Assembly: GCA_964495695.1 (NCBI GenBank)
Contig: CAZBWR010000010.1
Coordinates: 4,000 to 67,999, forward strand
Source of the DNA: an uncultured Chitinophagales bacterium
GTDB taxonomy: Bacteria; Bacteroidota; Ignavibacteria; UBA10030; UBA6906
DNA: 64,000 nt
Direction: 5' to 3'
This document shows positions 16,336-24,466 of this stretch, piece after piece. Numbering within the stretch: position 1 is the first letter of the stretch; each line of letters begins with the position of its first letter. Below the pieces are notes generated by a model. It had not been told where the DNA came from. It was given only the letters and a program-made list of their open reading frames with translations, and did not search any database. A program made the translations under genes and the position numbers.

Positions 16336-18951
16336 CTAGCGGGTTACAACCGTGGTTCGCACGGGTTGGCCGATCCGCATAATGTAATCACGGAGTGCTT
16401 CCATTTGTCGCCGAGCATTACCATCCAGGACATCAGGCAAAGGCGATTGACCATCAGGGAAGAATGTGGGCATACGGGTACCGGGCTGTATCTTGCCAGG
16501 ATCCGCAAGCCAGTCAACAATCCACTCCGGTTTCAAGCGGGCGCTGGCCTTCAACAGATTCGGGGCGAGATCAGAGGTAGAGAACTCACCCGGCTTCGGA
16601 GGAGCGTCTGATGATGGATGGCATTTGAGGCACTGGAAATCTTCGAATATGGTCTTCCCGACCGGAAGAAGGATCGGGTCTGCGCTGAAACTCTGGTAGT
16701 CGCGCAGGTTGAAGTCCTGCCCGCTCAGGCCGAGAAAATACTTCTGCAGCTTGTTAATCTCATCTTCCGAAAACTGGAACGTCGGCATACGCGTAGAAAT
16801 CCACGGCCTGATTGAATTGGGCGAACCCACCGGAGTCGGATTCTTGAGAAACCGGTAGAGCCATTGTTCCTGTACTTTTGCCCCTTCTCCGGTGATGATC
16901 GGAGGATGGAAAGCTGTTTCCTCAATGATCGACGTCAGATACGCTCCGCCACCTTCAAGTTCATGACATTGCTGACAGTTATAGAGAATGGCAACCCTTC
17001 TGCCGCCTTCAATGTCTTGCTGTCTTTTGTTAAAAGTTCTCACGTATTTCGGATCAGGCACATCTTTCGTCTGCGAAAGAAGAAACATACGCAGCAACTC
17101 GACTTCTTCGTCATTAAAAGAGAATACCGGCATCTTCTGCTCGATCCTGTCAGTTGCGAACGCTCGTGCATTCTTCAGCTTGTTCGTTATCCAGTCGCGC
17201 CAAGTGTGCGGAACTTTGGTGTCCCCGAAGTCCATTTCCTCAACTTTCTTTCTGCCGAAGTTGGAAAGCGACACCGAAACGCGCCCCTCCTTCTCCATTC
17301 CGGGAATGAGATGACAGCCGTTGCAACCGTACTCACGAATCAGTTTTTCACCTTTCCGGATCACTGTCTCCGAAGAAAGTTCCAGATTCTTCGCAGGGAT
17401 ATTCCTGTCATCTTTCAGGGTTGAAAGATATGCCGTCAAGTCCCTTGCCTCGGAGTCCGTGAGCCGCATGTTCGGCATCTTTGTCGTCGGGTTGAAGTGA
17501 CGTGGATTCTTCAGCCAATCGTACAGCCAGTCCGGATTCACCTTGCTTCCCACCTTGGTCAATTCCGGTGCGATATCGTAACTCGTGTTTCTTGTCTCAC
17601 GCACTTTTGTCTGCGAGCCAATGACGTGACAGCCCTGACAACCGGCTGTTTCGAACAACTCACGCCCGCGCTGCGCATTCCCTCCGGCATAAGAACCCCG
17701 TTGGGCTGCATAAGAAAAGTCGTTGCGCGTGGAGACATCAAAGAGATACGCCGTCACGGCCTCAGCCTCATCTTCGGTGAACTCGAAGTCCGGCATACGC
17801 GTATGCGGATTGTAGCTCTTGGGCTCTCTTACCCACTCGTACACCCAGGTGGGACTTGTTTTGAAGGATATGCCTGTAAGTTGCGGTCCCACTTTTGGTA
17901 GATCCGTATAGCCTTTGACTTCATGGCAGCCGTGGCACCCCGACTCAATCATCAACTGTTTGGCTTTGGTGAATGCAGGCGCATGAGCAAGGATGCTCTC
18001 GTTTTCGTGACATTCGTTGCAGGACGCCCAAACTTCTTTCCCGCGCAGAAGCGGGTTCTCCCAATAGTGATCATCTTCTCCGTGTGCCAGGCCGGCGGTG
18101 AGAGCGGGTCCTTGTCCACGATGACACGGCGTGCAGCCATACCTCTCCGGATTGTGGATCTCCAATAACTCGGGCACCGGATGCCTGGTGTACGGTTGAG
18201 GGGCTCCCTCTGCCAATTCCTCGTTCCATCCCAGGTGACAACTTTGACACCGATCGACACGTGCCTTGGGATCATTGAACGGATTGCGATCGTAGTCCAG
18301 CATCATCACCTGCTTGATTTCGATCGGGGTTTCACGGAGCCGTTTTCGCTTGGTTTCCCACTTCTCGACTCCCTTCAGAATTTCAGTTACGCTAGCTGAT
18401 GCAGTTCGGACAGCCCCGCGATATTCAGAGAGAATGGCTTCGAGCGAGTCACGTTGTGCTTGCAAAACAACGATAGCGGCCTGGTGAACTCCCATTGCCG
18501 ATTCTTCCTTGTCCAGCTTGGACTTTAGTCCGAGGTCTTCTTTGCCATCCTTGATCGATTTCTTCCAGAAGTAGTACGCCTCATCCCCCCTGCTCTTGGC
18601 AAACTGGAACTCCCGCGTTTCATTGATAAGGGCTTCTGCGGTCTTGTTAAACCGGGCCATCACTGAGCGGTACGTTTCGCCGTTCAGTGAATCCTCGGCC
18701 GCCTTGAGCGCTGTGCGGGCATCCTCCAGCCCGAAGGAGTCGACATAGGCCACCTCCTCCAGGAGACGTTTCTGCACAAGCGTGTCCATCATGCGGAAGT
18801 ATTCTTTTTGATGGTTCTTCCAGGGACGTCGCGTTGCAATCTCATCCACCACAGCCCACATGGTTCCGAGAAATAAGAGGCCGGACAGCACGAGATAATA
18901 CTTGCTGTAGCTGCGCTGCTCTATCGGAATTTGTGCACGTTTCTTGAACAA
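16336..18951 (-). CDS. Membrane-anchored octahaem c-type cytochrome
   Basis: Eight CxxCH motifs: CQSCH, CTPCH, CNECH, CHGCH, CQGCH, CNGCH, CQQCH, CLKCH. There is an N-terminal TM helix and about 200 aa of helical linker. The last five haems sit in tandem class-I domains, each followed by a 'P.W...W...P....T.MP.F' Met-ligand segment. Confidence 0.85.
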   Translation of the reverse strand: MFKKRAQIPIEQRSYSKYYLVLSGLLFLGTMWAVVDEIATRRPWKNHQKEYFRMMDTLVQKRLLEEVAYVDSFGLEDARTALKAAEDSLNGETYRSVMARFNKTAEALINETREFQFAKSRGDEAYYFWKKSIKDGKEDLGLKSKLDKEESAMGVHQAAIVVLQAQRDSLEAILSEYRGAVRTASASVTEILKGVEKWETKRKRLRETPIEIKQVMMLDYDRNPFNDPKARVDRCQSCHLGWNEELAEGAPQPYTRHPVPELLEIHNPERYGCTPCHRGQGPALTAGLAHGEDDHYWENPLLRGKEVWASCNECHENESILAHAPAFTKAKQLMIESGCHGCHEVKGYTDLPKVGPQLTGISFKTSPTWVYEWVREPKSYNPHTRMPDFEFTEDEAEAVTAYLFDVSTRNDFSYAAQRGSYAGGNAQRGRELFETAGCQGCHVIGSQTKVRETRNTSYDIAPELTKVGSKVNPDWLYDWLKNPRHFNPTTKMPNMRLTDSEARDLTAYLSTLKDDRNIPAKNLELSSETVIRKGEKLIREYGCNGCHLIPGMEKEGRVSVSLSNFGRKKVEEMDFGDTKVPHTWRDWITNKLKNARAFATDRIEQKMPVFSFNDEEVELLRMFLLSQTKDVPDPKYVRTFNKRQQDIEGGRRVAILYNCQQCHELEGGGAYLTSIIEETAFHPPIITGEGAKVQEQWLYRFLKNPTPVGSPNSIRPWISTRMPTFQFSEDEINKLQKYFLGLSGQDFNLRDYQSFSADPILLPVGKTIFEDFQCLKCHPSSDAPPKPGEFSTSDLAPNLLKASARLKPEWIVDWLADPGKIQPGTRMPTFFPDGQSPLPDVLDGNARRQMEALRDYIMRIGQPVRTTVVTR

Positions 18952-18978
18952 GAAAACCTCCTCGTAACAACAACAGAA

Positions 18979-19863
18979 TTAGATGTTGAAGAACGGAGTC
19001 ACCAAAATGTACTTTACATTCAGCGCCAGGCGTAGAACAATCTTGATCGGAACAGCCATCATTGTGAGGAACAGAAAAGCCGTAATGGAATAACGTATCG
19101 GCCCCAATGCCTTTATCAAATCGGTGTTTCGCTTCCACCAATAATACACCGCTCCGATCCCATACCACGCAATAACGACCAGGCTCCCGACAACCATCGC
19201 AACAGGATTCAACGAGTCGTCAACAAGGCGCGTTGGAATCCCGAACAATTCTGTGAAGTCGATATTCGTGAGCGCCACGACCCGGTGCGGATCCCAATAC
19301 TCCCATGGCCAGAATAAATTCCACCCCGGCCCCCGGAAAAATGTCCCGAGCACAATCAACGCCACCCAGAGCAGCAAAAACCCGAAGAGAAACGTAAGAA
19401 TTGCAAACGGCCGCTCCTTGAATGTATAATACCCGTTTCCTTTGGGATTGATGTCGATGTATGGAATGGCACAGAGTCCGACAATAATCAGCGTTGGAAG
19501 AACGACGCCCGCAATCCACGGATCGAAGTAGACGAGAATTTCTTGCAAGCCCAAAAAATACCATGGCGCTTTTGACGGGTTTGGTGTCAATGCCGGATTC
19601 GCGGGTTCTTCAAGCGGCGCATCCAGCAGGAACGACCAAAAGGTCAGGATGACCATCACCACCAAAGCACCCAAGAACTCAACCTTCACGAGATACGGCC
19701 ATACCTGTACCTTGTCTGCTTGCCCGGCCTCCTCCGGTGAGTCCTGCCGGTCGTTCTTTACCCCCTTCTTCATCGCAAGCCAGGTGTAGAAAACTGTTAA
19801 CACCAACATGAGAACAATCGGGAGATTGTCAGGCTTGGTTATGATCTTAATGAGATTTTCCAT
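18979..19863 (-). CDS. Cytochrome b C-terminal subunit (subunit IV/PetD-like), enlarged 6-TM form
   Basis: 'NPSKAPWYFLGLQEILVYF' aligns to the PEWY/Qo segment of subunit IV. At 294 aa with about 6 predicted helices, it is larger than the 3-helix PetD. Confidence 0.8.
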   Translation of the reverse strand: MENLIKIITKPDNLPIVLMLVLTVFYTWLAMKKGVKNDRQDSPEEAGQADKVQVWPYLVKVEFLGALVVMVILTFWSFLLDAPLEEPANPALTPNPSKAPWYFLGLQEILVYFDPWIAGVVLPTLIIVGLCAIPYIDINPKGNGYYTFKERPFAILTFLFGFLLLWVALIVLGTFFRGPGWNLFWPWEYWDPHRVVALTNIDFTELFGIPTRLVDDSLNPVAMVVGSLVVIAWYGIGAVYYWWKRNTDLIKALGPIRYSITAFLFLTMMAVPIKIVLRLALNVKYILVTPFFNI

Positions 19864-19888
19864 GCGTTCGCTCGCTCAATGAAGAAGC

Positions 19889-20680
19889 TTAGAATTTTTT
19901 CGAACTGACGTCAGGGCCGGAGATTCCCCCGTCTTTTCTTATCCGCCAGAAGTGCACGATCATGAGCACCGCGCCTACGAGTGGCAGGAAAATGCAATGG
20001 AGTACGTAAAACCTGAGCAACGTCGGGGGACCGACCTGCGTTCCACCAAGCAATACAAACCGAACGTCATTATCTATGCGCATGCCGAGTTCAGGACCAA
20101 ACGGCCCTTCATGTCCAAGCAACGGGGTTGCCCGTGCCATGTTCGTGCCGACTGTTACTGCCCAGATTGCGAGCTGGTCCCACGGAAGCAGATATCCGGT
20201 GAAGCTGAGAAAGAGCGTGAGTGTGAGAAGTATGACACCGATGACCCAGTTGAATTGTCTCGGCGGCTTATACGAGCCTGTCAGAAAGACTCGAAACATG
20301 TGAAGCATAACCGTGATGACCATGGCATGAGCAGCCCACCGGTGCATGTTGCGCATCAGGGGTCCAAACGCAACATCATTCATCAAGTATTTCATATCGT
20401 CGTACGCGTACTCTGCTGCCGGACGGTAATAGAACATCAGGATGACGCCCGTTATCGTCAGAACGATGAAGAGCAAAAACGTGATGCCTCCCATGCCCCA
20501 GGTGAATCCGATGTTCGTTGCATGCCGGCTGATACGGACCGGGTGGAGATGAAGAAAGACATTATCAACAATCTGCAAAGCGCGGTTGCGCTGCGTGTCC
20601 TGGTAATTGTGACGGAAGATCGACTTGTAGACGTCCGTCTTTTCCCACTTTGCTTTCAGTTGATCCAATATACCTAACAT
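19889..20680 (-). CDS. Cytochrome b6-like (cytochrome b N-terminal four-helix subunit)
   Basis: Haem-ligand histidines in '[12 protein letters not shown]' and '[10 protein letters not shown]...VHFWRIR'. 'PWDQLAIWA' matches the cytochrome b pattern. Confidence 0.9.
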   Translation of the reverse strand: MLGILDQLKAKWEKTDVYKSIFRHNYQDTQRNRALQIVDNVFLHLHPVRISRHATNIGFTWGMGGITFLLFIVLTITGVILMFYYRPAAEYAYDDMKYLMNDVAFGPLMRNMHRWAAHAMVITVMLHMFRVFLTGSYKPPRQFNWVIGVILLTLTLFLSFTGYLLPWDQLAIWAVTVGTNMARATPLLGHEGPFGPELGMRIDNDVRFVLLGGTQVGPPTLLRFYVLHCIFLPLVGAVLMIVHFWRIRKDGGISGPDVSSKKF

Positions 20681-20695
20681 ACGGCTCCCTGAAGT

Positions 20696-21523
20696 TTAGC
20701 TGTATTTGAGATACGCATCGGGCTTCGACCATTCTTGTTTCTCATAGAGAAACTTGATGTTCCGGTCGACAAGAATCTGTCCGTCATCAGCGAAAGTGAT
20801 TTTCAGACGTTCGAGCGGCCGCGGTGTGGGGCCCTCGAAGTTGATTCCGTTTTTGTAATACCCGCTGCCGTGACACGGGCATTTGAATTTCTGTTCGGTT
20901 GATGCCCACCGCGGCGTGCATCCAAGATGTGTACAAATTGCTGACAGGGCGTAGAATCCTTCAGGCTCACGCACAATCCAGACACGGAACTCGTCTTTGT
21001 ATGCCTCGTTTACCTCCCCTATGATATACTCATCCGGGAAGCCTGCTTTGAAGGCAGAGGGTGCTTCGTAAAGAACTCGCGGCACCATAAGGCGGATTGC
21101 TCCGAGCGTTGCGGTCACGAGAAACCCGACAAAGCCAAACCACCCTGCAACATTAAGAAAATTCTTGCGGCTCATACGCCAGATGCCGGGATCATTCTCG
21201 GGGGGTCTGTCTTGTTTCGGCTTGCGGACTTCAGGTTGTTTGGCTGGTGCCGGACGCGGTGCCGGTGTAGAGACCCGGGGTTTCGGCGTACTCTCTTCCG
21301 CCTGCATAGGCTGTGCTGGCGATTGTGTGGCCGCCGGTGCTGCCGCTTTGGGTGCCGGTGCGGAGACAGGCCTTGACGCACCACCAGACGGCTTGGCAGA
21401 CGCAATAGGCGGCAACGACTTTGCCGCGCCTCCTACCGGTCGCGATGACGATAACGGCGGTAGCGACTTCTTCGGGGTTGAGCTGTCAGGGTCTTGTTTC
21501 TTTATCTCATGCTCATCGGCCAT
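20696..21523 (-). CDS. Rieske [2Fe-2S] protein with long Pro/Ala/Ser-rich N-terminal extension
   Basis: Cluster boxes 'CTHLGC' and 'CPCHGS'. The start is set at ATG 21523 (GGAAG 4 nt upstream); the ORF is open to 21583. A TM helix follows 'SRKNFL'. Confidence 0.85.
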   Translation of the reverse strand: MADEHEIKKQDPDSSTPKKSLPPLSSSRPVGGAAKSLPPIASAKPSGGASRPVSAPAPKAAAPAATQSPAQPMQAEESTPKPRVSTPAPRPAPAKQPEVRKPKQDRPPENDPGIWRMSRKNFLNVAGWFGFVGFLVTATLGAIRLMVPRVLYEAPSAFKAGFPDEYIIGEVNEAYKDEFRVWIVREPEGFYALSAICTHLGCTPRWASTEQKFKCPCHGSGYYKNGINFEGPTPRPLERLKITFADDGQILVDRNIKFLYEKQEWSKPDAYLKYS

Positions 21524-21583
21524 AGATCTTCCTTTGCGAAATAGTGATGGCGGCACTTCGCTGGAACGTGGTTCGAAACGCAA

Positions 21584-21884
21584 AACAACAATAGAATGTC
21601 TTTGAAAATATCAGGAGAAGAAAAGGAAGCGAATCTGAGTATGCTCTGTGGGATAGAGAGTGGAACCGCAAAAAGACTTGAACTCAGCATGAAGATGTTA
21701 AAGACCAGTTTTGGTGAAACAGATTCGAGGCTTGAGATGGGTTAGAGCGTAAGTCTCGAAAGCAATATAGTATTCCATTGATATAAAGTCAACATACAGC
21801 TATATTTACGTCGCAACATGAAGCCGGGGACGCCACGCTCTCCCTCCAGATGTAGTATCACTCACAGCCTCGATTGTCTCTGAT
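21584..21884. promoter_or_regulatory. Divergent intergenic control region between the respiratory operon (-) and bshC (+)
   Basis: A 300 bp AT-richer non-coding gap, the only sizeable one in this part of the window. Promoters are inferred from position only; no motif could be assigned confidently. Confidence 0.35.
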
Positions 21885-23531
21885 ATGGATTGGATAGATT
21901 ACAGACAGCTTCCGCCTGCAGCGGGCGGATTCTCACAACTCTTCTTTGATTACGTCTATGAGTTTGAGGAGACCCAACGCTTCTTCCCGTATAATTTTCG
22001 TGACAATACCTCATATCAGACCATAATCGATGCTGTAACGAAGAGACAGCTTGACCGTGCAACGCTCGTCCGGGTTCTTATGGAGCAGAATACGAATTTT
22101 GGATCGTCTCCGAAAGCCATGGAGAACATCGCGTTGTTGGAAAAATCAACAACCTTTGCGGTTGTGACCGGACAACAAGTGGGACTCTTCGGCGGGCCGA
22201 TGTATACGATCTACAAGACCGTTACCACAATAAAGCTGGCCGAGCGGCTTAAATCGAAATTCCCGAAGTATAACTTTGTTCCGGTTTTTTGGGTTGAGGG
22301 CGAGGATCATGATTTCCAGGAGATGAACCACATTGGACTCCTCGATCAGGAAGGAAATCACACCAGGGTGTCGTATCTGCATGGCGAGGAAATGCCCGAG
22401 CGAAACCTCGGGGCTATAGGCGAGCTGCAGTTCAACGCATCCTTATCAAATGCTTTCTCTGCACTTGATGCGGCACTGCAAAAGACAGAGTTTACTGCGA
22501 CGGTTCTGGACACCGTGCGACAGTATTACTCCGAGGGAAGCACGTTTACCAGGGCTTTCGCGGGATGGCTGAATCATCTGTTCGCAGACTACGGACTCGT
22601 CCTGCTCTCTCCTTCGCACACGGAATTGAAACGACTGGTATCTCCTCTCTTTGTGAAGGAGGTTAATGAATTTCCGCAGACAACGCGACTGGTGATTGCA
22701 CAAAGCGCTGAACTTGAGGAACAGTATCACGCTCAAGTGAAACCAAAGTCCCTTAATCTCTTCATGTTCCATAAGGGAGGACGTTACCTCATTCAGCCGC
22801 GTGAGACAGAGAATGACTTCAGCCTGAAGGGAACGCGGCATTTCATCCAACCGGATGAACTGAAGCGCATCGCGGCAGAAAATCCGGAGATTCTGAGCCC
22901 GAATGTCATCCTGCGGCCGATTATTCAGGACTATCTCCTCCCCACAGTCTCATACGTCGCCGGCCCGTCCGAGGTGGCATACCACGCCCAGCTCAAGCCT
23001 GTGTACGAGTACTTCGAGCTTCCTCAGCCTGTCGTGTATCCACGCGCAAGCGCCTCGTTCGTAGAGGAGCGGCTGCTACGCGCGATGGAAAAATACGGCC
23101 TCGACCTACTGGAGTTCATCGAAAGTCCCCTGGCGGTCGCAACCAAGGTTTCCGAGCAAATCTCATCCATCAAGCTTGAGGACCTTTTTGCAGGAGCAAA
23201 CAGCCAGATACGCTCAGCGCTCAATGAAATGAAGTTCGGTCTGAAAGAAATAGATCCGACTCTGATCGGTGCGCTGGAGAATGTACAGTCAAAAGTCGAT
23301 GGGAACCTGAATGTGTTGAAGGAAAAATCCATTGCGGCACAGAAGCGAAGAAACGAAACAGCCCTCCGGCAGGTCGAACGTGCTGCAGCGGGCCTGTTGC
23401 CGAACGGAAACCTTCAAGAGAGGGAGCTAAACCTTTTGCAGTATATGAACAAATACGGACCTGACATCGTGAAATGGATAGCGGGTGAATTGGACATCAC
23501 TGCGTTCAAGCATCAGCTTTTGCGGCTCTGA
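21885..23531 (+). CDS. bshC: Bacillithiol biosynthesis cysteine-adding enzyme BshC
   Basis: 548 aa with 'FAVVTGQQVGLFGGPMYTIYK', 'VFWVEGEDHDFQEMN', 'YVAGPSEVAYHAQL' and 'YMNKYGPDIV', matching my recollection of the BshC (YllA) family. Confidence 0.8.
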   Translation: MDWIDYRQLPPAAGGFSQLFFDYVYEFEETQRFFPYNFRDNTSYQTIIDAVTKRQLDRATLVRVLMEQNTNFGSSPKAMENIALLEKSTTFAVVTGQQVGLFGGPMYTIYKTVTTIKLAERLKSKFPKYNFVPVFWVEGEDHDFQEMNHIGLLDQEGNHTRVSYLHGEEMPERNLGAIGELQFNASLSNAFSALDAALQKTEFTATVLDTVRQYYSEGSTFTRAFAGWLNHLFADYGLVLLSPSHTELKRLVSPLFVKEVNEFPQTTRLVIAQSAELEEQYHAQVKPKSLNLFMFHKGGRYLIQPRETENDFSLKGTRHFIQPDELKRIAAENPEILSPNVILRPIIQDYLLPTVSYVAGPSEVAYHAQLKPVYEYFELPQPVVYPRASASFVEERLLRAMEKYGLDLLEFIESPLAVATKVSEQISSIKLEDLFAGANSQIRSALNEMKFGLKEIDPTLIGALENVQSKVDGNLNVLKEKSIAAQKRRNETALRQVERAAAGLLPNGNLQERELNLLQYMNKYGPDIVKWIAGELDITAFKHQLLRL

Positions 23532-24431
23532 TCAACGCGGAGGATGCGACTCGGGATCAAGCGGATCGGTCCCCGCTCTCACTTCCTCAAAGTCCGTAAA
23601 CCCGTCGCCGTCCGTGTCCGGATTCAGCGGGTCCGTGAAATAGATGTATACTTCATCTCCATCCTTCAGCAAGTCCCCGTCGCTATCGGGGTTAAGCGGA
23701 TCGGTTCTCAGCCGTCTCACTTCGGCGCCGTCAGTTAGTCCATCCTCATCCGTGTCCGGATTTGTCGGATTTGTTCCGAGTCTTCGTTCTTCGGCATTTG
23801 TCAACCCGTCGCCATCATCGTCTGCATCATCGCTTCTTCCGATATAGAGGTTGAATCCGAAACGAACTGCAGCGATGCCGTCTATTTTCTTCAATCGTAA
23901 GAGATCACTGTCGCTGTTCAACACCGTGTACGAGCCCCTTACATCCAGAGAAAGCCCCTGGGCAGCATAAAATTCGACCCCAAGGCCAACAGGAATGTAC
24001 GCGCTGAATTTGTCCGAAGGGTCAGGTTGATACGTTCTTACGCCGTCAATGCGAGTGTAACGCATAAAGCCGGCACCGAGAAAGGTATATGGTGCAACCT
24101 TTCTACCCGGCGAAAGATGCCACCATCCGGTGACTATGAGCGGCGTGGCATTGAGCTTAAGGTATGAATGAGGCTTTGCGAGGGTTAACGGATCCTGCGC
24201 AGACTTCAGGCTCGCGAAACCGAATTGAAATCCCAACGAGAAATGCCGCGAAAAGCCGTAACGGCCGGAGAGATCTCCACCGATGCCCAGTTTGCGCTTG
24301 TTCATGTCATTGAGCCAAACATTTCCCTCCGCGCCGAACCCCACAGCCCATCGGCCGGAAGTGTGCTGTCCAAAGCTCGCTTGTTGAAGGAAAAGCGCAC
24401 CGATCAGAACGGCGCCCGCCCGGATCTTCAT
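23532..24431 (-). CDS. Outer-membrane beta-barrel protein with thrombospondin type-3 (TSP3) Ca-binding repeats, no OmpA C-domain
   Basis: Signal peptide, an N-terminal barrel-like domain paralogous to the neighbour, then 4 'DxDxDGxxDxxE' repeats to the C-terminus. Confidence 0.7.
   Translation of the reverse strand: MKIRAGAVLIGALFLQQASFGQHTSGRWAVGFGAEGNVWLNDMNKRKLGIGGDLSGRYGFSRHFSLGFQFGFASLKSAQDPLTLAKPHSYLKLNATPLIVTGWWHLSPGRKVAPYTFLGAGFMRYTRIDGVRTYQPDPSDKFSAYIPVGLGVEFYAAQGLSLDVRGSYTVLNSDSDLLRLKKIDGIAAVRFGFNLYIGRSDDADDDGDGLTNAEERRLGTNPTNPDTDEDGLTDGAEVRRLRTDPLNPDSDGDLLKDGDEVYIYFTDPLNPDTDGDGFTDFEEVRAGTDPLDPESHPPR
23535..23831 (-). repeat. Tandem TSP3-repeat coding array (about 4 units)
   Basis: Protein-level periodicity 'TNPTNPDTDEDGLTDGAEV / TDPLNPDSDGDLLKDGDEV / TDPLNPDTDGDGFTDFEEV'. 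Confidence 0.7.
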
Positions 24432-24466
24432 TGTGCAGTCAGAGAATGTTGAATTTGGCGAAATAC

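Noticed and set aside
21165-21605. 146-aa plus-strand ORF rich in Gly/Ala, opposite the Rieske N-terminal extension.
   Set aside because: It is the mirror image of the Pro/Ala-coding GC-rich tract of the Rieske gene, so it is compositionally forced and shows no independent signals.
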